Assembly (NCBI RefSeq): GCF_006345805.1
Contig: NW_021835481.1
Coordinates: forward strand, 5,022 to 69,021
DNA: 64,000 nucleotides
From: Octopus sinensis
Taxonomy: Eukaryota
Direction: 5' to 3'
This document shows, in pieces, positions 22,540-36,330 of this stretch. Under the pieces are notes generated by a model that saw nothing but the letters and a program-made list of their open reading frames with translations, had not been told where the DNA came from and did no database searches. The translations under genes and the position numbers were made by a program. The stretch's first letter is position 1, and each line of letters opens with the position of its first letter.

Positions 22540-24400
22540 ACTTGTTAGGTGTTCACTCCTATTGCCCAGTTTCCTTTGGTACAGTTCTGAAATTGATCAA
22601 TATTTTTAGTCAGGATTGAAAGTTTAGAAGATATCTTTTGCAGTTATTTAAGAATATCTTTGCTCTGTCTATTTTTGTTTCGGTTGGTTTTTGATGACAT
22701 TTTCATTCCTTGTGTGGGGAATATGTATAGAAAAAATAGTTATTAATCCATATAAGTAGTAGTAGTTATATAAAGGAAATTAAAAAAATGTTAAAAATGC
22801 ATTGAGAGTGTATAGAAAGATATATTAATATTAATGCACTTAACAGTTTCCACATTTGTATGATTTTCAAAATTATAAGATTTGAGGGACATAGAGCTGG
22901 TTCAGCTACAGTATTGCCTCTAGCTGTTGTTCTAAAATGTGTTTTTATAGAGAGAGTGAGACTCAGATCACTACCAGTTAATGTACAGATTGATTGGATG
23001 AGAATGGTCTCATAGTGAGGTAAGGGATTTCTGTGGTAAATTCTCTGCTACATTTATACATTAATGTCATGTGATGACCATATGTAAACGCCACTTCAAA
23101 AGTTAAATGCAGTAGATATGTCATGTGACAATCAGAACAATAGCTATGCTTAATAAAAGTTACACCTGAATTTTGGGCTGTGTCTAGTTGCTGTATGAGT
23201 AGTTATTATCTTAATTATCTAAGGTGAAGTATTAGTGTCTCATTTGTTCTTTGTATAATCTTGAAAATGTGGACAATTCTTATAATAAGACAGTAGCCTA
23301 ACTTGCCTAAAAAGAGAGGCAGAAGTTTATAAGGAGGTGAAGTTTATTTTAAATGCAGTAATGTTTAAGAAAAATATTTGAATGGTGATAGAGAACTATA
23401 AAAAAGGTAAATACAATAAACTCATTGGAAGTTGAAGTGGATAGGCTGTGTAACTTGGATATCAGCATTTATTGATGACTTTGTAATGTTGGCTTGAATA
23501 CTAAGTGATACCTACATCAGCAATGTCCTTAACAGAAACAAGACCATATTCACTTCCATCAGCAGGGATCTTCATATAAAAATGAAAAGCATTTATAGTG
23601 AGTGGCAAATTGTATATTTTTGATGTTTTTGTAGCCTACTCAACTATGGTTTGAATTTTTAAATAAAAGTATTTTCTTTACTTATTTGTGTTTGTGTTGT
23701 GGTATCACCTGTACAGTGATAAAGTGGAAAGACTAGGAATTTGTGGGATTTCATTGTTGCATATAGGTCCAACTGTTCACTGTTTGAGATGTATCTAGTC
23801 CTGGGATCTCAAATTTGTATTATTAATCTTAGTGTATCATTAATCTCATTTTCAAACTCAGTTTGGTTTTTCCAATGTAATCTTCACTGCATATATTACA
23901 TTTGATGACTATGTTAAATTATTTGATGAGCAAGTGAAGTTGTTTTCACAATAAAACGATATGCTGATTTAAATTTATGTTATGTATCTTCAATAAGTTT
24001 AGTACAAGTTATGAATTTAGAACTAGACTTTTCAGCTGTTTATAGGAAGTAGTTCTGAACTGGTATATAGTTTTTTGCCTTTTTAACGTTAAATGTCTTA
24101 GTGTTTCTTGTGGTCTGTGTTGTAATAATTGTTATAAAAGGTAGAGTTTTGTGTGTATCTTCAATGTCTATTGCTTTGGCATGTTCTATTCAATTCCCTG
24201 TTATCTTAGACAGGTATTGTCTTTCAAGTACTGCCTGTTTTAATTGTTGGAGCTTTTTATACTGTACTTCAAGATTGGAAACAAGAGAGTGAAGTTCTAG
24301 CAATGTTAAATGGTATATTTGGTTTGATATGTGTTGGTTGGCATAAGGTAACTAGTAGGTACTGTTTATATTCTGGTTAAATGTATCTCTTATGGCCACT
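22540..24400 (-). mobile_element. Possible very decayed Penelope-like element
   Basis: Only weak motif echoes on the minus strand (LVSNLEVQYKKL near 24290, RPFSSN near 23000, LLN near 22620). Confidence 0.3.
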
Positions 24401-24759
24401 CAGTGTATTTTCAACTTGTTTTATTTCCTTGATACTACTACATGTATAGATAAATAACACTCATATTTATATATACACACAAATAGACTCACACACGCAT
24501 ATATACTTTCTTCTTGACTTACGAATGAGTCCCATTCCGACTGGCAGGTTGTATGTTGAATATATATTTTTCAGCACTATTTTCATTACAAATATATAAA
24601 ACACAAAAATTTAATCTATAATTATTATATATAATGTAAAAAATACCTAAGTACCTTATTGCACTGTAAACAAAAATACAAGCTAAAATTAATGTAAAAA
24701 TTAAAACAAATGAAATTTCACATACATACAATAAAAAAATTGTTCCTGTGAAAAAAGTG

Positions 24760-25195
24760 CAATTGAAAATACAATTTTAATCTTCACAGTCATGTTCTTG
24801 GGTTGAGACAGAGGGTTTTTTGAGGCACCATGGTGAGCTTTGTTGGAATTTTTTTTTTTTTTTCCTGTCATATATCTTATGATAACAATACACAGTATCT
24901 TGAATGATACATTCAACCTTTGCAAAGCGGTTGACATTAGGATCCATTGCTTTGAAACTGGTAAGAGTTTTTTTCAATTGCGAAAAGGAATCAATAAACA
25001 CTTCATTTTGAATTTCTTTTCCTGTTCATCTTCTTCTTTCTCACTTTTTCTTCTGCTGCTCTGTGTGCTTCCAATCCAATCTCTGCAACTGAGTGAGAGA
25101 CAGTGGCAGGCAGTGGATACCTGGATTTGAAGGAGACCTGTATTACCAGATGCTGCCATAGTTATTGTATGCACAACTGCCCAAACCATCAGACA
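24760..25195 (-). mobile_element. Tigger/pogo transposase C-terminal fragment
   Basis: FKAMDPNVNRFAKVECIIQDTVYCYHKIYDRKKKKKFQQSS matches the Tigger C-terminal DPN.ER...CY..IY.EKK motif. Confidence 0.7.
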
Positions 25196-25267
25196 CATGG
25201 GAGATGGATGTTGAATGTTGATAATGATGATATATAATACTTACATATAAATATATATATATATATC

Positions 25268-27809
25268 TCATCTAGGGACATCCTCATCAAGAAATTTGAT
25301 GAGAGGGAGGAGGAACTATAGTCCTCAGACATAGATGGTAGCTGGAAATTCTTATGGGACAGCTTACTGAGTGCCACAGACCAAGTTTGTGGATGGTGCA
25401 AAGTCCCTTCCAGACCTAGAGTTTTGTGGTGGTGGAATAATACGGTAGACAAAGCCATTAGAGCAAAGAAACAAGCCTGGAATTCCTGGAAGGGTGGGAG
25501 TAGCAGAAAACTGTACCAGATAGCCAAAAGGGAAGCTGGGAGACAGGTATACATAGCCAAGGGAGAAGCAGAAAAGAAGTTTGCGAATGTCCAGCGATGT
25601 GAGGACCAAAGAACTGAAGTATGTCGGATTGCAAGACAGTGTAAGAGAAAATTGTGATGTCACAAGAGAGAAATGTGTCTGCATGGATGATGGTGCACTT
25701 GCTTTTAATGATTCAGAAAACATGAGGCTTGGAGGAGCCATTATGAAAGACTGCTGAATGTGGAGAATGAATGGGAGGAAGAGAGCCTGCCAAATATTGA
25801 TCCAACAGAAGGACCAGCTATCTAAATACACAGCACCCTGGTAGATAAAGGAATTATGGATATGAAGCTAGGAAAAGCCCCTGGCTAATCAGGAATCACC
25901 ACTGAGATGCTTAAAACATCTGGTGGTATGGGCTATGGCCTAGTCACCTGTATTGTAAACCAGGTGGTTCATGATGGAGTTATACCCAATGACTGGCACA
26001 GCAGCACCATAGTCAATTGCTACAAAGGTAAAGGTGATGCTTTAGATAGAAATAACTACAGGGCTATCAATCTGCTGGATCAGGTGATGAAGGTCATGGA
26101 AAGGGTCATAGCCTAACTAATTAAAGAGAGAGAGTCTGCTTAAATGAGATGCAATTTGGTTTTGTGCCAGGTAGATGCACCACTGATGCAATATTCCTGG
26201 TACAGCAACTGCAGGAGAAGTACCTAGCCAAGATATATTTGGCTTTTGTGAACTTGCAGAAAGCCTTTGACAGGGTCCCCCAATCCCTTATATGGTGGGA
26301 AAAGGGGAAACTGGGGATTGACAAATGGTTAATAAGGGGTATACAGGCCCTATACAGAGTAGGGTTAGTATTGGAAATGAGTATAGTGAAGATTCGGGTA
26401 GAAGTTGGGGTCCACCAAGGATCAGCCCTCAGCCCCCTCTTATTCATCATAGTCCTCCAGACAATAACAGAGGAATTCAAGACAGATTGCCCTGGGAACT
26501 GCTCTATGCTGATGACCTGGTCCTCATAGCAGAATCCCTACCAGAACTAGAGAAGAAAACATCAAGTGTGGAAGCAAGGTTTAGAATCAAAGGGCCTTAG
26601 AGTCAACGTTGTAAAGACCAAAGTTCTAGTAAGTAGGAAGGCGAACAATCACACACCCTTCAGGTAGGTGGCCTGTTCGACCTATAGAAAAGGTCTAGGT
26701 AGAAACTCCATAAGATGTACCCAGTTTAAGCTATGGACACGTAAGAGATGCAGTAATATCAAAGGAGATTAACCAGGAAGATAGCTTTCACATGCAGCAG
26801 ATGCACAGGGGCAATCAACACCACACAGATGCTCAGAAATCAGATTCCATCACATGCCAGGGGAAGAAACTAGAAGTAGTTTATAGCTTCCACTACCTAG
26901 GTGACCAAGTCTGTAGTGGGGAGTGAATGCTCAGAGAGTGGTTACCACTAGAATAAGAATAGCCTGGGCAAAGTTCAGAAAGCTTCTACCCCTACTGTGA
27001 CAAGGGTCTCTCACTCAGAGTGAAAGGTAGATTGTATGATGCATGTGTGCGAACTGCCATACTTCATGCTGCTGAACATGTGTAGGCTTGAAAGAAATGA
27101 AGCTACCATGATCCATGGATGTGTAATGCCAGTGTTAACACATAACAGTTGTAAGCTCCCTGAGAGATATGTTAGAGACATAAGAAGTATTGGATATGGC
27201 ATGCAAGAGAGACATTTGCATTGGTATGGTCATGTACTACAGATGGACAAGGAGAGCTGCGTGAAGAAGTGCCACTCCCAAACAGTGGAAGGAATCTGGG
27301 GTAGAGGTAGACCCAGGAAGATATGGGATGAGGTGGCGAAGTATGACGTTTGAACATTGGGCCTCACAGAGGCAGTGACAAAAGACCAAGACCTTTGGAG
27401 GTATGCTGTGACTGAGAAGACCCAGCAAATAAAATGAGTCCACAGCTGTAACCTACACCAGTGTCACATAACCAGCCCACTCAAAAGTACCTTGGATCGT
27501 AGGGTGACATGCCATGCTTGAGGAGATCTATTGAGTCAAGTACATAAACATCAACAGCAATATCAAAATGAAATCAAATGGAAATTGTAGTTGTAAACCC
27601 CTTGCTGGTAGCATGTAAAAAGCACCATCCGGGCGTGGACAATGCCAGTGCCGCTTTGACTGAATTCTGTACTGGTGGCATGTAAAAAGCATCATCCGAT
27701 TGTGGTCAACGCCAGCTCCTCTGGCTCCTGTGCCGGTGGTACATAAAAAGCACCCACTATGCTCTGACTTGTTGGCATAAGGAAGGGCATCCAGCTGTAG
27801 AAACACTGC
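25268..27809 (+). mobile_element. RTE LINE copy D, truncated at both ends and disrupted
   Basis: WWWNNTVDKAIRAKKQAW, QFGFVPGR, GVHQGSALSP, LLYADDL and LHWYGHV; the 3' UTR is present but there is no tail. Confidence 0.9.
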
Positions 27810-28699
27810 AAGACAGTGTAAGAAAATGGTTAAGCCATAGATATGAAACAAAGAGTGGAGGAATGAAAATAGACATGAGATATGTAGGGATGTTGCATCT
27901 GTAGATCCATTATTTGGGCAGAATGGTATACATATAAGAGTCCAGTACCTTGTGAGTAAGTTCCAATAATATTTAAAGTTGGTCACTCCAAGTATAGAGT
28001 TTGTACACATTGTTATTAAATTGAGGGTTTTATTTAAAGTGACTTAAAAGTTGGTAATGTATTTGTAACATCAAATCAAAACCAGGAGGATAGGAACAAA
28101 GAAAAGAAAAAAGAAAAAAAAGTGGGGAGAGAGATAATAAAGAGATGAAGAGGGGAAAATATACTGGTTAGTGGTCAGTATATAAAAGATAAATTGATAG
28201 TAGGAATAGGGAGGTGGGGTGATAAAGGGAGAAAGATATGAGAGTGTAAAAAGATGATAGGGTAAAGTGTAAAGAGTGTCAGATAGAAGGAATGGGGGTT
28301 GATTGGTGATAGAGAGAGATAGGTATGGGAGTGTAAAGAGTAAAGGATTGTCAGGAAGGTAGTGATAGAGCCTAAGTGAGGGGCTGAGAGAGGGGGGTAA
28401 GAGTAGTAAATTGGTGGAATGAAGAATTTGAGAATATAGGTTAGGTTGGTTAGAGGACTGGTCTATGCTTAGTAGTAGAAGAATATATATATATAAACAG
28501 GTATACACATGCATATATTAATATAGATATTTATACATATCAACACCTACACATACAACACGTACTCATATGTATATGTAGACCCATACATACATGTAAT
28601 TGTAAGTATTATCGCCCCTATACACGCAGGTATATATACCTTGCATACATATATACATACACACATTTATAAGGTTATTGGGATTACCTAAGGGGTACT

Positions 28700-30380
28700 G
28701 TGGAAATATGCTGTATGGTCATTTAGGCATTTGGATTTGTGGAAGAATTTGAATGTGTGAAAAAAGTGGTGGTTGCATGTGCTTAGTGCCTCATTATGTT
28801 TATTTAGCAGTGTTGGATAGTTGTGCTTTAATATGTGAAGTGCCTCCTTCAGGCAAAGCTAGCTGGTTGAGCGTTGACCTCTGTAGGGATGCCCTAAATC
28901 CAGTAGGGTATATTTGTATTTTTGAGATGATGTATATGGTTGGCGAGTGCTGTAGATTTACTATGTTTATCATATCTAAAAGAATGGAGGTGAGCGGCAT
29001 ATCGCTGCTTAAAATTTTGGGTTGATCCTATGTATATGGCTGTAGAGTTGTGTAATATATTAAGGACAGTGCATTTATAAATTACATTATATCTTCTGCA
29101 ATGGGTTTGTAACAGGCAGATGATTCCAGGATGGCAGGTACAATTAAGTGAATTTTGGGGAATGTGTTCAGGAATGGAGGAGGTAATATTATCAGAGGAG
29201 AGGTTAGAGAAGGGGGTCGAAGATTCTAGATTATTAGTATTATTAACATTATCATTAATGTCATTGTTATTATTACTATTGTTGTTATTAATTGTACTAT
29301 TTGTAAGAGTGGTAGAAATTGTGGTGGTGTTCTGGGCAGTGTCAGTAGGATGGGTTGGGTTGTGGTTGTGGTCTAATGTAAGGGCATCTGTGCTGGAGCT
29401 GTGTATATGTTGAGTGTTCTTATGACTAGAGTTGTAATTATGTGAGTTTTGATAGTAAAGTGCTTATTAGAGGCTGCTACAATAGATTCAAAATTGGGTG
29501 GGGCAGAATAAGATAGTTTCAGAGTGGATCTAATAAAGATAGAATGATATTTATGTTTCTGAAGGAAGTTAGAGTCTAGTATTTTAAAGAAGGATTCAGC
29601 TAAGTTCTTAAAGTTAAGTGAGAATGGGGGTATGTACCACAGAATGGCGCATCTGCCACTTATTTTAGAGTGTCTGGATGTAGTGCTATCAAAGTTTTTA
29701 GATAAAGAAGTGCTATCTATACTTTTGTAGAATGTATGTGGGCAGTGAAGCCTTTTGTTATTAGCTGTTTTAGTTGTTTTAGTTTTTGACCTAGTGTTAA
29801 ATGTATGTATGTGGGATCTAGGTTGCCTTGGTGTAAGACCTTCCTGGGTTCCATCAATGAGTGTGTGTGGTTGGTCGTTATGATGGTTGGTGGGTGTTTG
29901 AGATGTGATTTGAAATATATATTGTTTGAGCTTGGTGTTATGGATGTATTCTATTTGTTGGAAAATGCCACTAGCAGCAAGTGCTTGTGTGTAATATGGT
30001 GCGTGATTATTGAAAATTTCCTCAGTGGAAGAGAGGTTAGATATGCAGATTGGAGAGGATGTTAAAGTACAATTCGCTTTCTGCTTACATCTTACCCAGA
30101 ACGTGATATATAACTGTACAATAAAAACTACAACTAATGATTTTATATATATCAGTTGTTTGATTAATATGAAACGGCGTCTATACAACTACCTGTCATC
30201 CTTTAAACTTAAGTATAAAGCAATTTGTACGTTATTATCCAGTAAAATTTGGAAATTGAAGGAAATAGCAGATATGGGTGTGAGCTGTTCTCTATGGAAA
30301 CATGAAATTTTTAAGCAAAAAGATAAGGGCAACCTGATTAATAATTGATTAGACCTTAGGGTATCATATGTACATAGTGT
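28700..30380 (-). mobile_element. Penelope-like element (RT thumb region + GIY-YIG), decayed
   Basis: ISNLSSTEEIFNNHAPYYTQALAASG, ILWYIPPFSLN...IFIRSTLKLSYS and FKQRYAAHLHSF...STALANHIHHLK...CLKEALHIL...LLN. Confidence 0.8.
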
Positions 30381-30384
30381 CACC

Positions 30385-32300
30385 TGTACCTTTAAATATT
30401 TTAGAAAGTAGCACTTTATTGATCTTGAAATTTAAAACCTATTAGAAACTTCTTTGCTCAAAATTAGTATATAGTGAGCATGTCCTACAACATTATTACT
30501 TTAGCTAATACAGGGTAACAGTCTTTAGAGATAAAAGCTGAATAAGTAAATAAACTATTTTTAGTTTTAAATACTTGAATTGTATACATTTTCTATAAAT
30601 CTTCTCTATTGATGTTACTAAGTTGTGTATATACTTCATCATTATTTTTAGTGATTAAGCTATTTTATGTACTTTTCTATGGTGTTCTACCCTACCTAAT
30701 GATTTTAAAGTGTTCTGCCCTCCTGATCTTAATATTTATATAGGCCTTTATATAAGTAGCCTTTCAAATTAAGTACCCCTAAGAAACTATAAATATTATG
30801 TATGGAGTAAGAATAATATCTTCTAAAGCTTATAATATATTTCTTAGTTTTAAAATTTAGTATGGAATTAGTATGCCCTATAACATCAATATTCCTTTAG
30901 ATAATACCAGGTATCAGTCTTTATTGATCCTAGCTTAATAAATAAAGATTTAATTTTAGTTTAGTATACTTAAATTATTATACATTTTCTTTAAACCTTC
31001 TCTAATGATGTCAATAAGGTATATTTACTTTGTCATGTTGTTAGTGATTAAGATATCGGCAAGGTTGCATCCTGTCACCAGCAGCCTTCAACATGTACAC
31101 TGAAAAGGTCATGAGGAATGCAGGCCTGGAGGATAGCAGCATTGGAGTTAGGATTGGAGGAAGAAATATTAATAACCTTCGCTATGCAGATGATATAACC
31201 CTGCTGGCGGAGAGTGGTAAGGATCTGGAGGATCTTGTCCTGCTGGTCAAGAAAGAGAGTGAGAAATTTAGGCTGTACCTCAATGTTAAGAAAACAAAGA
31301 TCATGTCAACATCAGCCATGACAAACATCAGCATCAAGATCGATAATGAAGAGATTGAAGTGGTTGATGATTCCATCTTCCTTGGCTCCAAAATAAATCA
31401 AGATGGTAACTGCACTCCAGAAATAAGATAGTACTAGGATAGTACTAGGCAGAGAGGCAATGGTCAGCATGAGCAGGGTCTGGAAGAGTAGAGACATCAG
31501 ACTCGCTACCAAATGCAGATTGGTGAATGCAATTGTCTTCCCAATAGCAACATATGGATGCGAGACATGGACACTAAAGAAAGCTGACCAGAAGAGAATT
31601 AATGCATTTAAGCTTTGGTGTTGGAGAAGACTTTTACGGATTCCATTGACAGCGAGGCTCACCAATGGAGAAGTTCTTAAGCAGATAAGGTCGGAAATGT
31701 TGCTAGAAGCTAGGATCACCAAGCATAGATTGGCATATTTCGGTCATATTATGCGGAGAAAATCCCTGGAGAAGGACATCATGCTCGGAATGGTCAGTGG
31801 CAAGAGAGGAAGAATCCAACCGAGAACCTGCTTGCTTGACACCATCAAGAGTGATACCGGAATGGACATAGCCAGTCTGAAAGAAGCGGCCCAGGATAGA
31901 ACTGACTGGAGGACACTGATCCAACGAGTGACCGAGAGTCGACTTCAACTGAGTGGTTAGGAGAAAATGGTGTTCTGCCCTACCTGATTATTTTATTATC
32001 TATTATTTTAAAATAGCCTTTATTTATTTATAAAATGAATCTAATTTTGTACCTCTATAAATTCATACTGAGCATATACAAAACAATACTGGTATATTCA
32101 CTACTTAAAATAAACTGCTTAGATTATAATTTAATTAATATATAGTTAGTATGCTCTCTTACCTCAGTACACCTTTATTAAATACCAGTATATACTAATT
32201 GATCATTCTTCATAGATACAATCTGATAAGTTCGTATTTAAGTATATAATAAGTATAAATATTAAGCTATTATGAGATAACTTCTTTTCCTCCCTCTAAT
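30385..32300. repeat. Diverged ~400-bp AT-rich tandem repeat (about 3 units) interrupted by a LINE
   Basis: Recurrent blocks: ttagtat..cct.t..cat...cctttag.taata.cagg (30465, 30858, 32147), agtgattaag.tat (30647, 31043) and atggtgttct.ccctacct (30679, 31967). Confidence 0.6.
31056..31966 (+). mobile_element. RTE-BovB-like LINE, 5'-truncated and well preserved
   Basis: RQGCILSP, NINNLRYADDITLLAES, LNVKKTKIM, FLGSKI, ATYGCETWT and LAYFGHIMRR. The only lesion seen is at 31427-31448 (gatagtactag x2). Confidence 0.9.
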
Positions 32301-33589
32301 GTGGTAAAAGTTTGGTATATACTCAAAAGTATTCAAAAAAATCTTTTCATCCTTTTGTTTTAATATTCTTCTGAATAACCCTAAATTTTAACTTATAAAA
32401 TATGGAAATATTGTTTAAAATGTTTCAAATTTTTAACTATAGTACCACATAAGATTTCCCATTTTTCATTATAAATGGTCTAATAGTGGCCTGCCCCTTT
32501 AAATGGAAGCTAAAATCTTGATTTCAGTTTTCCTTTACCAAATCTCATGATACTGCTTCAAAATAAATCTTGATAGTTTTTTATGACTATACCCATTATG
32601 ATTTCTGTTGATTCCCTCAGCCCACTTCCTGACAGGCATTACTCCTTGCTCTTTTGGCCTTAGATATACAAAGATTTGATAAACTAGTCTATAAATTAAA
32701 ACTGACCCCATAAAACAGTGACAAGCAAAATCTGTAACAAGTCTTTCTTCCTTAGTAACTTCTAAGCTGAAGTGAAGATAGCATGTTCTCTGTAAATCTC
32801 CTTACCTTCTTGGAGATTTTATGTAAAATTATACTAATGTGTCCATCTGATTTAATTTAAATAAATTCTATGTCTTTATGCAGTTGAAGATTGCTCTGCA
32901 TTTAAATTGATTTAATGATTGCATTGTTCAATTAAATGGAATTACGTGTGAAACGATTGTACTGCATTACTTCTGTATACCCTTGTTGCATTTTTTGATT
33001 ACATATATATATATATATATGATACAATGATATCAAACCAATGTAAGACTTGCTATCTTGAAGATAGCTTGTTCACACTAGTATATATTAAAAGAAAGAC
33101 GCTGTAAAGTACGATATGTCGCCAAAGATCAGGCTCATTTGTGGGTTCGCACTTCACACTAATATCCAATGTATTATGATACAGGGCATCAAACTTGGGG
33201 TAGGCTACTGTGCAGAATACAAGCCAAATAACAACAACAATGATAATAGTAATAATTAAAAAACCAGTATGGTATCCATCACTTTATTGGACATACATGT
33301 GTTTCCGAAAAATGCCAAAGTATTTATATCACATTTGTAGAAACATAATGCAGCCACAGATGTCAAAACTCCTATACACTATTACTATTATTGGGAAAAG
33401 TGTATATACTTGGAGCTTTAAATCTGTTGTATTTATTGAGAGATACTAATGAGGTCAAATGTAAAGTTGCATAATGTTTCTACAACTGTTAAATAGTTAA
33501 TTCAGAATTTTGTTGAAATACTTATATATCCTATAAAGCATTGAATACCATACTGTTTTTTTGATTATTATTATTATTTCCATATAAGA

Positions 33590-33750
33590 CAGTGAGCTGG
33601 CTCAATCATTACTGCACTGGGCAAAGTGCTTAGCAGCATTTCTTGTTTTTACATCCTGAGTTCAAATTCCACCTGAAGGTGATTTTGCCTTTCATCATTT
33701 TGGGTCGATAAAGTAAGTACAGTCAAGTACTGGAGTCATTGTAATCAACA
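33590..33750 (+). mobile_element. tRNA-derived SINE, family 1
   Basis: ctgagttcaaattcc...ttttgcctttcatcattttgggtcgataaagtaagtac, homologous to 4139-4371. Confidence 0.75.
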
Positions 33751-34339
33751 AAACCCCTGTGAAACAGTTGGTGATTCGCTGTGCTTGAGAAGATTCATCC
33801 AGCTAAGTAAAATCAGGACAATTAAGGCATGTCATTTATGCCTATGTTCCAGGCAAACTTCTCCCACACAATCCAAACACCTCCCCCTCCTTCCATCCAT
33901 ATTCACCACTCACTGTATTCCCCTCCCTTCTATCTCCCACTCTCCCTTTGCACCTTTGTAAACCTACCTGCATAAAATGTGTCCCCGTCAAATCTCTTCC
34001 CAACAACATATCCTCCTAACATTCTGCCTCTGTCTGCTTGTGTCCACTTGCTGCAGCCCTTCCCCTCTACCTTTCACTCTTCTTTTGCATTCTCATAAAC
34101 TTACCCACCCACTCACCCTATCCAATCACTTACACCCCCTGTAACTTGAGTGTACTCCCCCCCCCATTATCACATCATCATCTCTCACCCTTCCCCTCTT
34201 TTTCCAGCTGAGGTAGCCATGCATCTCCTCTACTGCAAAGCAGTTATTTCTGTCCCTCTATTCCTCTTATCACTTAGCACAAAGCCACTGCTTTTGATAC
34301 TATTTCTCCTCTCAGTTGAGGAGTCTAGCCTTGCAAGTT

Positions 34340-35499
34340 ACTTACTTAGTGATGTTACTGCTGCCAGTGCCATGTAAAAACTTCATGTCCACAGTTGCAT
34401 GTGAGCATGGAACATTTGTTATTAAAAGGATGATGATACATTAAAGCACACATACATATACACAATTATAATAATAAAAATGGACAATTAGGCTTCTTGT
34501 ATCAAAGCAATGGATCATACACAATATTTTGAGTGGTACAGGTGCTGCAAAAGTGGAAGAACATTCCTGAAAGACACTGAGCAATCTGGAAGACCTGGAA
34601 CAAGCATCACCCCCAGGAAAGTGGAGAAAATTCATCAGCTTGTGCATGAGGACTGTCGGAGGAATGAATGACATTGCTGATGTTGTTGGTCTGTTGTATG
34701 GGTCCATGCAGGCAATTCTAATACCTGAATTGAACATGTGGTGTGTTTCTGCCAAGTTTGTCTCTCACCTACTGAGCAGAAAGAGTATCATGTTGAAGTT
34801 TGTCAAGATCTTCGTCAGTATGCCACTGATGACTCATCTTTTATGTCAAGGATCATCACCAGTTACAAGAGTTGAGCCTACAGGTTTGACCCTGAGACAA
34901 AGCAGCAGTCATCACAGTGGAAGAGCCCTTCATCTCCATGACTGAAGAAGGCACGACAGAGTCACAGCTCAATCAACAACATGCTCATCATTTTCTTCGT
35001 CATCTGTGATATTGTGCATTGAGGGTTCATCCTCCAGAGCCAGACTGTCAATTGTAACTTCTGTGATATTTTGAAACATTTGAGGAAGGGACATTTGGTG
35101 AAAGCAACCAGATTTATGGAGTGTGAAGAATTGGATTCTTCATAACAGTGTACCCTGTTACCAAGCTCCCCTCACTCATGAGTTTCTCCCCCAAAACAAT
35201 ATGGTATGACTTCCACACCCACCATGTTCGCCAAATTTAGTGCCTGCAGAATTCCATCTATTTCCCAAGATGAAAATGCAGCTCAATGGTCACGGTTCTA
35301 ATACTTTTAATCACAGAAGGTCTTCAACTCACTTATGGAAAACAACTTTCAGGTTGGATTCCAAAAGAGGCAGGAATGCTGAGACAAGAGTATTGTCACA
35401 CAAGGTGACTATTTCGAAGGAGATGATGTTAAGACTTAGTAAGTAAATAATTTTGTATTAAATATAACTAGTCCGGGAACTTTTTGATACTACCTCGTA
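34340..35499 (+). mobile_element. mariner (DD34D-type) transposon remnant
   Basis: IITSYKS*AYRFDPETKQQSSQWKSPSSP and HPPCSPNLVPAEFHLFPKMK. The right TIR ccgggaactttttgatactacctcg+TA ends at 35499; no left TIR was found. Confidence 0.85.
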
Positions 35500-35509
35500 T
35501 CTTTAATTG

Positions 35510-36330
35510 CCTTATGTATCATGCTACTGTCAACTAGGATAGATGGTCCCTGTGTTGGGTTCACATGATGGAGACTCTCTTTCTTCCATTCATTCTCCAC
35601 ATTTAATAGTCTTTCATAATAACTTTTCTATGCCTCTTTCTTTTCAGGATCACTAAGAGCAAGCATACCATTATCTGTTGGTACATCCTTCTCCCCCACA
35701 ACATCTTGTTTCTCTCTAACACACGGTCTAGCAATCTGAAATACCTCAAATCTCTGATCTTCACACTGTAAAACATTGGCAAAACTCTCCCTTTCTGTTT
35801 CTGCCCAAGCCAAATATACCTGACGCCTTGCTTCTTTTTTAGCAATCTGATATGTTTCTTTACTACCCACACTCTTCCATTATTTCCAAGACTGCCTCTT
35901 CTCTTTTATAACTCCATCAATCTCACTGTTTCACCACTTTGTCAACCTTGGTCTGAGAGAAAGAAACTTGCTCCAATCATAGGTTTGATCTGTCACATTT
36001 TGTTGATTGTCCCATAAGAACTCCCAATTGTCCTCTATGTTGCATGACTCCATCTCTACCTACTCATGAAAGGTTTCATTAAGAACATCTCTAAAGTCTT
36101 TGCCCATTTGAAGGATACTTGAGCTTCCATAACCTCCTTTTCTATTTTGGTTTGTGAGCAGTCTAGTTGATCACTTTCATCATACCTCTTGCATCCACAT
36201 GCCTCCACTCAAGCATTTCAACAATCTCACCAGACGTACCTTTCCTTGTTCTGACATTGATTGTGGCAGCTCTGAGCTTGTGAATCTAGGAAGCCTGGGA
36301 GGGAAGTTGTTTCTTTGCAAAATCAGGATC
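35510..36330 (-). mobile_element. Decayed, internally deleted RTE fragment
   Basis: RQVYLAWAETERESFANVLQCEDQRFEVFQIAR and a GTSGEIVEMLEW-like APE N-terminus. Confidence 0.7.

Noticed and set aside
29120-30348. Hydrophobic 'membrane protein' ORFs (29120-29413, 30010-30348)
   Set aside because: They are antisense to the Penelope-like element, and the hydrophobic run comes from (TTA/TTG)n low complexity.
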